Below, in pieces: positions 19,954 to 29,581 of a stretch of DNA of 60,919 nt. The position numbers and the translations under genes are program-made. Position 1 is the first letter of the stretch. Each line of letters begins with the position of its first letter. Source of the DNA: Dehalococcoidales bacterium (GTDB lineage Bacteria; Chloroflexota; Dehalococcoidia; Dehalococcoidales; RBG-16-60-22); assembly GCA_034430375.1 (NCBI GenBank), contig DAOUER010000038.1, positions 1 to 60,919 of the forward strand, in the 5' to 3' direction. The notes under the pieces are model-generated. The model saw nothing but the letters and a program-made list of their open reading frames with translations, was not told the DNA's origin and did no database searches.

Positions 19954-20535
19954 GTGGAATTGTTTGACGCCATTACCAGCCGGAGAAGCATTCGCCGGTA
20001 TCTAACAGAACCGGTTGATGAGAAAACGGTTAATAAAATCCTGGAAGCGGGACGCTGGGCGCCATCCTGGGCGAATACCCAGTGCTGGCGTTTTGTAGTG
20101 GTTAGAGACACGGAAATTAAATCCCGCATCGGCCAAAGCCTCTTCAAAATGCAGATTGGAAATGAACTTGTAGATAATCCCGCCACCAGAACAATCAATG
20201 ATGCACCCGTACTAATAGTAGTCTGTGCCGCCATGAATATATCGGGCTGTAAAACCGGGGCAACATCCAGTAATGATTTCGTTACCGATAAAGGCGACTG
20301 GTTTATGTTCGATACCGCTCTGGCCGTACAGAACATGGTGCTGGCTGCCCATGGCCTGGGGCTGGGTACCGTAATTATCGGCGCTTTTGATGCTAAAATG
20401 GTTGAAGAAATCCTGGGCATTCCCGAAGGATACCGGGTCGTTACCCTTTTGCCGCTGGGAGTCCCGGCGCGCGAAGGAAAGGCCCCTCCGAGAAAAGAAT
20501 TGTCTGAGATAGTTGTCTATGACAGATGGGATTGA
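19954..20535 (+). CDS. Nitroreductase family protein 2 (tandem paralogue)
   Basis: RRSIRRY, APSWANTQCW, GLGLGTVII. Confidence 0.9.
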   Translation: MELFDAITSRRSIRRYLTEPVDEKTVNKILEAGRWAPSWANTQCWRFVVVRDTEIKSRIGQSLFKMQIGNELVDNPATRTINDAPVLIVVCAAMNISGCKTGATSSNDFVTDKGDWFMFDTALAVQNMVLAAHGLGLGTVIIGAFDAKMVEEILGIPEGYRVVTLLPLGVPAREGKAPPRKELSEIVVYDRWD

Positions 20536-21118
20536 AAACCAGACTGATACTACCCCTTTCCGTTTCCGGATATGGATATTAATCTCGGTAAGCCTTTTCG
20601 CGTTAGGACTCATTGCAGGTCTGTCGTTCAGCCTGAGTAATCCCGATTATACCGTCGAATTTTTTAACGATGAGCTGGCCTATTTCGATGAAATCGGGGA
20701 GATGATAGAACCCGGTACTATCGGAACGTTCCTTATAATATTTATCAATAACGTCGTTGCTTTCTTTTTTAGCATAGCGCTGAGCCCTCTCCTCTATCTT
20801 ATGCCTATCTTTTCACTGGTCTTCAACGGAGCCCTGATATCAGTAATATCGGTACTGGTAGCTAGGACAGAATCAGTGGGCTTTGTGCTTACCGGAATGC
20901 TGCCACACGGAATTGTCGAAATTCCGGCTTTTCTTATCGGGCAGGCGGCGGCTCTAAGTTTTGGATTTTTCATCATTGCTTCAATATTTTCGGCAAACCG
21001 TAGGGCCAGACTCGGAACCGATTTGAAGAGGTCACTCAAGTTCTTTCTGATATCCCTTATTCTCCTGTTTCCCGCGGCCATCATAGAAACCTTTGTCACG
21101 CCGCTGGTATTATATTAA
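20513..21118 (+). CDS. SpoIIM/DUF95-family membrane protein
   Basis: IFINN, FNG, LPHGIVEIPA, AAIIETFVTP motifs. Confidence 0.85.
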   Translation: MSMTDGIENQTDTTPFRFRIWILISVSLFALGLIAGLSFSLSNPDYTVEFFNDELAYFDEIGEMIEPGTIGTFLIIFINNVVAFFFSIALSPLLYLMPIFSLVFNGALISVISVLVARTESVGFVLTGMLPHGIVEIPAFLIGQAAALSFGFFIIASIFSANRRARLGTDLKRSLKFFLISLILLFPAAIIETFVTPLVLY

Positions 21119-21199
21119 ACAAAATCATTCAGTGAGCTTGCCGTGCGCGGCTGACTGTTAGTATAATAGTAGCGGAAAATCCAGAGAGCAGGTGTTTAG

Positions 21200-23245
21200 A
21201 TGCAAAAGTATGGTCTTGATACAATTCATAATGTAGTCCTGTTAGCTCACGGCGGTGCCGGAAAGACATCCCTGGCTGAAGCGATGCTTTTTACCACCGG
21301 CGCAGTTAACCGGCTGGGTAAAGTAGATGACGGGTCTTCAATCTCTGACTACGATCCCGATGAAGTTAAACGAAAAATCAGTATCAATCTTTCCCTGCTC
21401 CCCTGCGAATGGAACGGCAAAAAAATCAACATCGTAGATACACCCGGATATTCCGACTTCGTCGGTGAGGTCAAGGCGGGAATGCGGGTCAGCGAGGGGG
21501 CTATCATCGTTGTTTGCGCCGCTTCGGGCGTTGAAGTGGGTACCGAACAGGTGTGGAAATACTGCGAAGAATCTGGATTACCCCGTCTTATCTTCATCAA
21601 TAAAATGGACCGCGAAAACGCCGACTATATCCGAACGGTTGAAGAAATCAGGTCCAAACTCGGTAATAAATGTCTGCCGCTCAACCTGGCTATCGGCGCC
21701 CAGGCGGGTTTCAAAGGCATAGTTGACCTGTTGGATATGAAAGCCTATACGGGTTCCGACGGCAAAGAAGCCGAAATACCGGCCGATTTACAGGGACAGG
21801 TAGATTCTTACCGTGAAAAACTCATCGAAGCTATTGCCGAAATGGACGATGCTTTGATTGAAAAATATCTCGGCGTTGAAGAAATAACTCCTGAAGAACT
21901 GACCACTAATTTACGAAAGGCGGTAATTAACGGAAGTATCGTCCCGGTACTGGCCGGCTCAGTGACGCAGAATATCGGTATCCTACGTATACTGGATGCC
22001 ATCGGCGGTTATTTACCGGTGCCTAAAGAGCAAAAAGTAGCCGTGGCCGACGGCACGCTGGACCCGAGTGATTCGTCTCCCCTGGCGGCCCTGGTGTTTA
22101 AAACTACCGCCGACCCCTATGTAGGAAAACTCACCTACTTCCGTGTCTATAACGGGGTTATCAGCAGCAATACGCAGGTCTGGAATGCCAATGAGAAAGC
22201 CGCCGAACGCATCGGGCAGTTATACATAATGGTGGGGAAAGCCCAGGAACCGGCCCAGGAGGTAGTCGCCGGTGACATCGGAGCGGTAGCCAAGCTAAAT
22301 GTAACCGGTACCGGTGATACTTTGTGTACTCAGGGAAAACCGGTAATAATCAATCCGATAGTATTCCCGGCCCCTGCGTATAATGAATCCGTTTCCCCCA
22401 AGACCAAGACTGATGTCGACAAATTGGGTACGGCTTTAACCCGTCTGGTAGAGGAAGACCCCACTTTGAAAGTCCACCGGGAGCTGGGCACCAATGAAAC
22501 TATACTATCCGGTATGGGTGATACCCATCTGGCAGTAGCCGCGGAAAAGATGCAGCGCAAATTCGGCGTAAATGTAGAGATGAACACTCCCAAGGTACCC
22601 TACCGTGAAACAATCACGGCCACATCCAAAGCCGAATATAAACATAGAAAACAATCCGGTGGTCACGGGCAATACGGTCATGTCTTACTGGAGCTGGAAC
22701 CCCTGGCAGAACGCGGCGATAATGAATTCACCGATAAGATAGTCGGCGGCTCCGTGCCGAAAAATTATATCCCGGCGGTGGAAAAAGGTATTAACGAAGC
22801 CTATCAGGAAGGCGGCCTGGCCGGCTTTCCGGTGGTGGGCGTCAAGACCACTCTGTACGACGGCAGCTTTCATCCGGTAGACTCATCGGAAATCTGCTTT
22901 AAAATTGCCGGTGCCCAGGCATTTAAGAGGGGAATCATCGATGGACAGCCCATCTTACTAGAACCTGTCATGAATCTGAAGGTCACCGTTCCCAATGACC
23001 TGACGGGAGACATTATCGGTGACCTGAACACCAAGCGTGCCCGCGTACTGGGTATGAACCCGGAAGGCGACCTGAACGTTATAGAAGCGCAGGTGCCCCT
23101 GGCGGAAATCCAGAGATATGCTATCGACCTGAAATCGATGACCCAGGGAAGGGCGATATACGCTATCGAATTCGATCACTACGAGGAAGTACCGTCGCAG
23201 ATTACCCAGAAGATAATTACCCAGAAGCAGGGAGAGAAAGATTAG
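21200..23245 (+). CDS. fusA: Elongation factor G paralogue (EF-G2-like)
   Basis: AHGGAGKT, DTPG, NKMD, KQSGGHGQYG, LLEPVM; switch I reads RKISI rather than RGITI. Confidence 0.9.
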   Translation: MQKYGLDTIHNVVLLAHGGAGKTSLAEAMLFTTGAVNRLGKVDDGSSISDYDPDEVKRKISINLSLLPCEWNGKKINIVDTPGYSDFVGEVKAGMRVSEGAIIVVCAASGVEVGTEQVWKYCEESGLPRLIFINKMDRENADYIRTVEEIRSKLGNKCLPLNLAIGAQAGFKGIVDLLDMKAYTGSDGKEAEIPADLQGQVDSYREKLIEAIAEMDDALIEKYLGVEEITPEELTTNLRKAVINGSIVPVLAGSVTQNIGILRILDAIGGYLPVPKEQKVAVADGTLDPSDSSPLAALVFKTTADPYVGKLTYFRVYNGVISSNTQVWNANEKAAERIGQLYIMVGKAQEPAQEVVAGDIGAVAKLNVTGTGDTLCTQGKPVIINPIVFPAPAYNESVSPKTKTDVDKLGTALTRLVEEDPTLKVHRELGTNETILSGMGDTHLAVAAEKMQRKFGVNVEMNTPKVPYRETITATSKAEYKHRKQSGGHGQYGHVLLELEPLAERGDNEFTDKIVGGSVPKNYIPAVEKGINEAYQEGGLAGFPVVGVKTTLYDGSFHPVDSSEICFKIAGAQAFKRGIIDGQPILLEPVMNLKVTVPNDLTGDIIGDLNTKRARVLGMNPEGDLNVIEAQVPLAEIQRYAIDLKSMTQGRAIYAIEFDHYEEVPSQITQKIITQKQGEKD

Positions 23246-23266
23246 ACCGGGTATATCAGCTTAAAC

Positions 23267-24265
23267 TCAGGAAGCCAGTAGTTCCTTCAGTTTTTCCGTA
23301 AAAGCCGGCAGCACTTTTTTCCAGTCTCCGACCACGCCGTAGCGCGCCTGCCGGAAGATATTAGCTTCCGGGTCCTTATTGATAGCCACGATGTTTTTCG
23401 AACCGGAGCAGCCGCTGAGGTGCTGGCTGGACCCGGAAATAGCGATGGCGATATAGAGTTCCGGCGCAATTATCTTGCCGGTCAGTCCTACCTGGACGGT
23501 ATCGGCTATCCAGTTGTTATCGCAGGGAGGCCGGCTGGCCCCGACCGCTCCCTTGAGTAATTTGGCCAGTTCTTCCAGCTGGGCGAAACCTTCAACGCTG
23601 CCGATGCCCCGGCCGCCGGCCACAACAACGTCGGCGTCTTCAATCTTGATACCGCTGACCTCTTCGACAACGCTTTCGATGTGCCTGGTCCTTATCAAAG
23701 ACTCATCTATAGCAACGCTGATATTGATAATTTCTCCCTGCCGGGAAGAATCCTGCTCCAGGGGAGTCATGGCTTTGGTCCGTATGCTCACGACCTGCGG
23801 GTCGGTTTTGGTCACGTAGATAGCGTTGGCGTTCCCACCGTACACGGGTTTCGTCTGTAACAGCCTTTTCGAATCGGCATCTATACTTAAATCCACACAG
23901 TCCAGTGTGGCCGCTGTTTCCAGTTTAAAGGCCAATCGGGGCGCCAGTTCCCGCCCGATATCGGTCTGGCCGAAGATGATGATTTGCGGGGTAATCTGAC
24001 CGAGTAATCCTTCAAAGGCCATCAGATAAGAATCCGCCTGATAGATTTTCAGGGCGTCATTATCAATCACGTATACCTTATCGGCACCAAAAGTAATGGC
24101 TTCCTGAGCGATACCGGATATACCGCTGCCTATCAGTACGGCCGATAGTTCCTGTCCTGAATCATCAGCCAGCTTCTTGCCGATGCCCAGCCCTTCGGTG
24201 CCTATGGGCGCCAGCTTACCTTCTTTTATCTCACAAAAAACCAGAATGCCTTTATTATCCGTCAT
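23267..24265 (-). CDS. etfA: Electron transfer flavoprotein alpha subunit
   Basis: [49 protein letters not shown]. Confidence 0.95.
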   Translation of the reverse strand: MTDNKGILVFCEIKEGKLAPIGTEGLGIGKKLADDSGQELSAVLIGSGISGIAQEAITFGADKVYVIDNDALKIYQADSYLMAFEGLLGQITPQIIIFGQTDIGRELAPRLAFKLETAATLDCVDLSIDADSKRLLQTKPVYGGNANAIYVTKTDPQVVSIRTKAMTPLEQDSSRQGEIINISVAIDESLIRTRHIESVVEEVSGIKIEDADVVVAGGRGIGSVEGFAQLEELAKLLKGAVGASRPPCDNNWIADTVQVGLTGKIIAPELYIAIAISGSSQHLSGCSGSKNIVAINKDPEANIFRQARYGVVGDWKKVLPAFTEKLKELLAS

Positions 24266-24280
24266 TTCATCTTCTCCCGG

Positions 24281-25078
24281 TTACAGTATCTTGGCTTCCC
24301 TGAGCTTCGTAGCCAGATTCTCCGCGCTTTCTTCGGGCGTTTCGCCCTCTATCATTTCACATTTTCCTTCGTGTTCCGGTTGAAACAGCTGGCGGGTTTT
24401 CGCCTTTCCCCCGGTTGCCCCCATCTTCGCCGGTCCCAGGCCGATATCTCCCGGTTTCCAGACAATCGGTTCTATCCTTTTCGCACCCATTATGCCTTTG
24501 ATGGTAGGATAACGTGGCTCACCGATTTCATTGCTGATGGTGAACACCGCCGGAAGGTTGACTTCGATAACCTCGTAACCGTCGGTGGTTACCCTCTCTA
24601 TCCTGGCCAGTTTTTCATTTATGTCAATTTTACGGACTATGGATATGCAGGGAACACCGAGTATCTCGGCAATCCCGGGGCCGGCCTGTCCGGCATTGGT
24701 ATCCGAGGCTTCCCTACCGAAAAGTATTAAATCGTATTCAGCTACTTTCTCGATTGCCGCCGCCAGGGATTGGGCCGTGGTCCAGCTATCCCCGCTTTCA
24801 TAGGCTTCATCCTCCAGCAAAATAAGCCCATCAGCTCCCATAGCCAGGGGCTTTTTAACCACTTCACGGAGCAGGTTGTTACCCATGGTTATGATAGTTA
24901 TCTTGCCGCCTACGGTATCCTTTATCTTCAAAGCCGCTTCAACGGCGTACTCCCCATAGGGATCGATAACCGGGGATGCCCCGCGCATCTCGGCCCTGTT
25001 AGTAGCGGAATCTATTTGAAAACTCTGGGGAGGAGCTTCGGGGTCGATAACCTGTTTAACACATACGATGATATTCAT
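24281..25078 (-). CDS. etfB: Electron transfer flavoprotein beta subunit
   Basis: MNIIVCVKQV, ALAMGAD-like motif, GREASD, EPRYPTIKGIM. Confidence 0.95.
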   Translation of the reverse strand: MNIIVCVKQVIDPEAPPQSFQIDSATNRAEMRGASPVIDPYGEYAVEAALKIKDTVGGKITIITMGNNLLREVVKKPLAMGADGLILLEDEAYESGDSWTTAQSLAAAIEKVAEYDLILFGREASDTNAGQAGPGIAEILGVPCISIVRKIDINEKLARIERVTTDGYEVIEVNLPAVFTISNEIGEPRYPTIKGIMGAKRIEPIVWKPGDIGLGPAKMGATGGKAKTRQLFQPEHEGKCEMIEGETPEESAENLATKLREAKIL

Positions 25079-25152
25079 TTGTGATGGCGCACTCTTTCTA
25101 GAATAAAATTATCCGGGGAGAATCCCTGAGTAATTTAGCATCTTGTCTGTTT

Positions 25153-25995
25153 CTATGTCAAATAAACCGCGACGACACGCTCTATGCCGGCATAATCGGG
25201 ATATACTTCTATAACGGCGGCGGGAAATACACCGGAGAGAATATCCCTGACATCCCCTGCCTGGCCCTGGCCTATTTCCAGCAGCAGGCTGCCTCCCGGT
25301 CGGATTTTATTGAAAGCCTGGCGGCATATTTGTTCGATAGCGGCCAGTCCGGTTTCGCCGCCGTCGAGAGCCAGCGTCGGTTCAAAGCTTAAGGGACCCA
25401 GGACGGGCAGCTCCGATGTTTTGAAATACGGCATATTGGCCACTATCATATCCACCGACTCCGTCAGCGAAGCCAGCATATCGCTGCGGATGAGTTCCAC
25501 GCTAGTGGATACGCCGTGCTCATGGCAATTCTTCCCGGCTATCTCTAAAGCTTCATCCGACGCATCCAGGGCGTATATCTTGATGTCTTCTGCCAGATTT
25601 TTAACCAGGCTGATAACGATAGCGCCGCACCCGGTGCCGACATCGGCTATAGTTGATACCTGATGTTTTCCGGCAAATTCGAGGGCCTTTTCCACCAATA
25701 ACTCGGTTTCCGGCCGGGGTATGAGCACATTACGATCTACGATGAAATCCAGACCATAAAACTCTCGGTGCCCGGTGATATAGGCGGTCGGCTCTCCGGT
25801 ACAGCGGCGTTCGACCAGCTTAAGATAATACTGCTTTTGCTCTTCGGTCAGGTCTGTGTTCAGTTCGGTATAAAAACGGGCACGGTCTATTTTCAGCACG
25901 TGCCGCAACAGTACTTCCGCTATCAGTGAAGCATCTTCGATATGTTGATTATCCAGTATTTCACGAGCATGAGTTAAAGCTTCTTTCAGCTTCAC
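25153..25995 (-). CDS. prmC: Release factor glutamine methyltransferase
   Basis: [29 protein letters not shown] (NPPY-type), ALDGG; overlaps prfA. Confidence 0.95.
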   Translation of the reverse strand: MKLKEALTHAREILDNQHIEDASLIAEVLLRHVLKIDRARFYTELNTDLTEEQKQYYLKLVERRCTGEPTAYITGHREFYGLDFIVDRNVLIPRPETELLVEKALEFAGKHQVSTIADVGTGCGAIVISLVKNLAEDIKIYALDASDEALEIAGKNCHEHGVSTSVELIRSDMLASLTESVDMIVANMPYFKTSELPVLGPLSFEPTLALDGGETGLAAIEQICRQAFNKIRPGGSLLLEIGQGQAGDVRDILSGVFPAAVIEVYPDYAGIERVVAVYLT

Positions 25996-27062
25996 ACCGC
26001 TTTTTCCTCGAGTTGGTTCGTTTGCTCAACAGATATCAAGGTGTCAATCAGGTCGTCGATTTCACCATCCATAATTTTATCCAGGTTATGCAGTGATGAA
26101 TCGATGCGGTGGTCTGACAGGCGATCCTGAGGATAGTTATAAGTCCTTATCTTTTCCGAGCGGTCGCCGGTACCTACCTGGGAACGACGCGACTCGGTAA
26201 TTTCCGCGTTCTGCTTGTGCTGTTCTATATCCAATAGTCTGGTACGCAGCACCGACATGGCTTTAATCTTATTCTGTAATTGCGAACGTTCGTCCTGGCA
26301 GACGACAACCATCCCAGTGGGTACGTGCGTCATCCTGATGGCAGTGGCCACTTTATTTACGTTCTGCCCCCCGGCGCCGCCGCTGTGAAACACGTCTACC
26401 TTGACATCGTCCGGATTAACATCAATGTCGACCTCTTCGGCTTTGGGCAGGACGGCGACCGTGGCTGTGGAGGTATGAATCCGGCCCGAGGACTCGGTAA
26501 CCGGGATACGCTGCACCCGGTGCACGCCCCTTTCATATTTAAGCCGGCTATAGGCGCCTTTACCGCTGATTTCAAATATAATTTCCTTGATGCCGCCGAT
26601 GCCGCTTTCGTTAACATTGATAATATCCGTTTTCCAGTTGTGTTTCTGAGCGTAGCGACTGTACATACGGAAAAGGTCGGCGGCGAAAAGCGCGGCCTCG
26701 TTCCCGCCGGCCCCCGCCCGTATCTCCATGATGATATCCTTCTTATCGTTGGGGTCCTTGCGCAGCAGCGACATCCTGAGCTGTTCCGTCAATTCATCCC
26801 GGCGCTTTTCCAGCGTTTCAATCTCCTGTTTGGCCATTTCTATCATTTCTTCTTCAAGCCCGTCGTTAATCATCGCCCTGGTCTCTTCCAGTGATTTATT
26901 AACATCTTTATACTCGCGGAATCCCTTGACAACCGGCTCTATATCGGCGCGCTCCTGCGCCAGCTCCTGTAACCGGGGAAGGTCGGTGGCAATCTCCGGT
27001 TCGGCCATTTTCCGGCCCATTTCTTCATAACGCTTCTCTATTTTCTCTAATTGCTCGAACAT
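25992..27062 (-). CDS. prfA: Peptide chain release factor 1
   Basis: [12 protein letters not shown] (PxT), [23 protein letters not shown]. Confidence 0.97.
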   Translation of the reverse strand: MFEQLEKIEKRYEEMGRKMAEPEIATDLPRLQELAQERADIEPVVKGFREYKDVNKSLEETRAMINDGLEEEMIEMAKQEIETLEKRRDELTEQLRMSLLRKDPNDKKDIIMEIRAGAGGNEAALFAADLFRMYSRYAQKHNWKTDIINVNESGIGGIKEIIFEISGKGAYSRLKYERGVHRVQRIPVTESSGRIHTSTATVAVLPKAEEVDIDVNPDDVKVDVFHSGGAGGQNVNKVATAIRMTHVPTGMVVVCQDERSQLQNKIKAMSVLRTRLLDIEQHKQNAEITESRRSQVGTGDRSEKIRTYNYPQDRLSDHRIDSSLHNLDKIMDGEIDDLIDTLISVEQTNQLEEKAV

Positions 27063-27110
27063 ACCTAAAAATTATATCACAGTGTTCAAGAACGCTCCAG
27101 ATTGAGCAAA

Positions 27111-27140
27111 TTGACATGAAACGGCCGTTTGGAATATAAT
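27111..27140 (+). promoter_or_regulatory. Sigma70-type promoter with a 12-bp palindrome in the spacer
   Basis: TTGACA (27111) - 18 bp - TATAAT (27135); AAACGGCCGTTT at 27119-27130. Confidence 0.6.
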
Positions 27141-27261
27141 CAAGCGTGTCCCGCGTGCCTGATAAGGGTACCCGGGATATTATAAAGATATGTATAATAC
27201 ATCTGATTTTTCTCGAATATCGATTCTCCGGTAAAGGTTATCTGAATCCATACCATAAGGA

Positions 27262-28845
27262 GTGGCGCCCATGACCATAACAGAAATTCTGTCCAGAAAT
27301 GCCCGATTGTATCCCGATTCTATCGCCATTATCGAAGTTACCCCCAGTAAAAATCTCAGGAAAGAAATAACCTGGAAAGAGTTTGATGATAGGACCAACC
27401 GCGTGGCCAACGCCCTGATAAAAAGAGGGATAAAGAAGGGTGATGTCGTTATTCATCTAATGATGAACTCTGCCAAATGGCTGGAAGCCTACTTCGGTAT
27501 CCTGAGGGCGGGTGCTATGGCGGCTCCCTTAAACTTCAGGTTTATCAGCCGCCAGATAAAATATTGTGTTGATATCGCCGAACCCAAGATCATGATTCTC
27601 GATGAGAATTTTACCGAACGGATTGAAGAAATCCGCGCGGATTTACCTACCATCCGGAGCTATATCTTCCTCGGGGAGAACACTCCGAACGGAATGGAAG
27701 TCTACGAAGAGGTTTTATCGGATTCTTCTACCCAACCCCCGGATATTGAATTGAAGAGTGAAGACGAAGCCGGACTCTATTTTACTTCGGGTACGACCGG
27801 CGACCCCAAGGCAACCCTGCTCTGCCACCGGAACCTAGAGCACGTTGCCGTCAATGAGAATTTCTCGCATCGTGAAACCAGGAAGGACTGCTTTCTCCTC
27901 ATTCAGCCTCTATATCACACCGGCGGCAAGATGCACTGGTTCGGCAGCTTTATTGCCGGCGCCCGGGCGGTGATGACCACCGGAGGAGAACGCATTACCG
28001 CTGACCTTATACTTAAACTCATCCATGAAGAAAAAGTCACTCTTTGTATGCTGCTGGTGCCCTGGCTACAGGACATCGTAACCGCTCTGGACAGGGGCGA
28101 CCTTAAGCTATCAGATTATGACGTTAGCTCGCTGAGGCTGGTGCATTCCGGCGCCCAACCCATTCCACCGGTGCTGGTCAGGAGGTTCCTCAAACACTTC
28201 CCCGGTATACAGTATGAAGAGAACTACGGCCTCACCGAATCGTCCGGCCCCTGCATACACCTTGGACTGGAGAATATCCACAAGCTGGGTTCTATGGGTT
28301 ATCCCCGGTTGAACCTCGATGCCCGTGTTGTCAACGATAAAGACGAGGACGTTCCGGTGGGGACAGTCGGTGAGATGATACTCAAGGGAAACCATATTAT
28401 GAGAGAATATTACAAAAACCCCGAACTCACCGCCCAGACACTCAGGAACGGATGGCTGTATACCGGCGACCTGGTGAAGCAGGACGAGGACGGCTTTATA
28501 TATTATATCGACCGAAAGAAAGATCTTATTATCAGCGGCGGCGAGAATATCTTCCCGGTAGATTTAGAATCGGTATTAATCGGGCAGCCCGATGTAAAAG
28601 ACGTGGCTATCATCGGTATCCCCGACGAAAGATACGGTGAAGTTGTCGCCGCCGTCGTTGAACCTAAAGCTGGCGCCGAAGTCACCGAAGCAGACATGCA
28701 TGCCTATTTTGAGCCTCTGCTGCCTAAATACGCCTGGCCCAGGATTATATTATTCGGCGACGTTCCCCGTAATCCCACCGGCAAAATTGAAAAACCCAAG
28801 CTGAGAGAACGCTATGCCGACGTTAAGTGGAATCCCAACGGTTAA
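27262..28845 (+). CDS. Acyl-CoA synthetase (AMP-forming)
   Basis: YFTSGTTGDPK, YGLTE, GWLYTGD, DRKKDLIISGGENI, TGKIEK. Confidence 0.92.
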   Translation: MAPMTITEILSRNARLYPDSIAIIEVTPSKNLRKEITWKEFDDRTNRVANALIKRGIKKGDVVIHLMMNSAKWLEAYFGILRAGAMAAPLNFRFISRQIKYCVDIAEPKIMILDENFTERIEEIRADLPTIRSYIFLGENTPNGMEVYEEVLSDSSTQPPDIELKSEDEAGLYFTSGTTGDPKATLLCHRNLEHVAVNENFSHRETRKDCFLLIQPLYHTGGKMHWFGSFIAGARAVMTTGGERITADLILKLIHEEKVTLCMLLVPWLQDIVTALDRGDLKLSDYDVSSLRLVHSGAQPIPPVLVRRFLKHFPGIQYEENYGLTESSGPCIHLGLENIHKLGSMGYPRLNLDARVVNDKDEDVPVGTVGEMILKGNHIMREYYKNPELTAQTLRNGWLYTGDLVKQDEDGFIYYIDRKKDLIISGGENIFPVDLESVLIGQPDVKDVAIIGIPDERYGEVVAAVVEPKAGAEVTEADMHAYFEPLLPKYAWPRIILFGDVPRNPTGKIEKPKLRERYADVKWNPNG

Positions 28846-28888
28846 TCGGCAGTTTAATCAGAATCATTGGGTATAAAGGAGTATATAA

Positions 28889-29317
28889 ATGGACTTTAAA
28901 GACTGCTATGAATTTGCCAATGCGAATAAAACTTGCTACCTGGCCACCGCCGATGGCGACCAACCCCGTGTCAGAGCTATGGGGATGTGGTACGCCGACG
29001 AAACCGGATTCTATTTACAAGCTCAGTCGGTGAAAGCGCTGTACAAGCAGATTGAACAGAATCCCAAGGTAGAACTTTATTTCCAGACCAAGGATTTTAG
29101 TAAAGTGATGAGGGTTTCCGGCCTGGCGAAAATCATCACGGATAAGGCCATCCGGGCGAAATGCATCGAGGAAAGACCGTTCGTTAAGAACTTCGGTATT
29201 ACCGAACCTGACAACCCCCTGCTGGCGGTATTCCAGGTTTACCAGGGAGAGGCGTATTTCTGGACGATGGCCGATACTATGAAGGAAGCCGATTTACCGC
29301 GTATCAAGTTCGGGTAG
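28889..29317 (+). CDS. Pyridoxamine 5'-phosphate oxidase-like FMN-binding protein
   Basis: YLATADGDQPRVR, KQIEQNPKVEL. Confidence 0.85.
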   Translation: MDFKDCYEFANANKTCYLATADGDQPRVRAMGMWYADETGFYLQAQSVKALYKQIEQNPKVELYFQTKDFSKVMRVSGLAKIITDKAIRAKCIEERPFVKNFGITEPDNPLLAVFQVYQGEAYFWTMADTMKEADLPRIKFG

Positions 29318-29370
29318 TGTGCGGGATATGACTCCTGGAACTTGATGAACATGGCTGACGGAACAGACTA

Positions 29371-29399
29371 TAGACAACGTATTCCCGATAATATATAAT
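29371..29399 (+). promoter_or_regulatory. Sigma70-type promoter upstream of hppA
   Basis: TAGACA (29371) - 17 bp - TATAAT (29394). Confidence 0.65.
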
Positions 29400-29438
29400 T
29401 TGTGCATATGACCGAGGTCATCAATTATAAATATTGTT

Positions 29439-29470
29439 AGAGCAGGAGTAGTATATCCTGCTCTATTCTT
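29439..29470 (+). terminator. Hairpin/terminator in the hppA leader
   Basis: AGAGCAGGA-8 nt-TCCTGCTCT followed by ATTCTTT. Confidence 0.55.
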
Positions 29471-29581
29471 TAAATATTCTAAAAATATTCCAAATTAACC
29501 GGGTGATAATCCAAAGCGATATTACCGGGAGAATATAAAACCAAACTTAAGCTGTCTTGTTTCAGCTGGAAAAGAGGTGAA

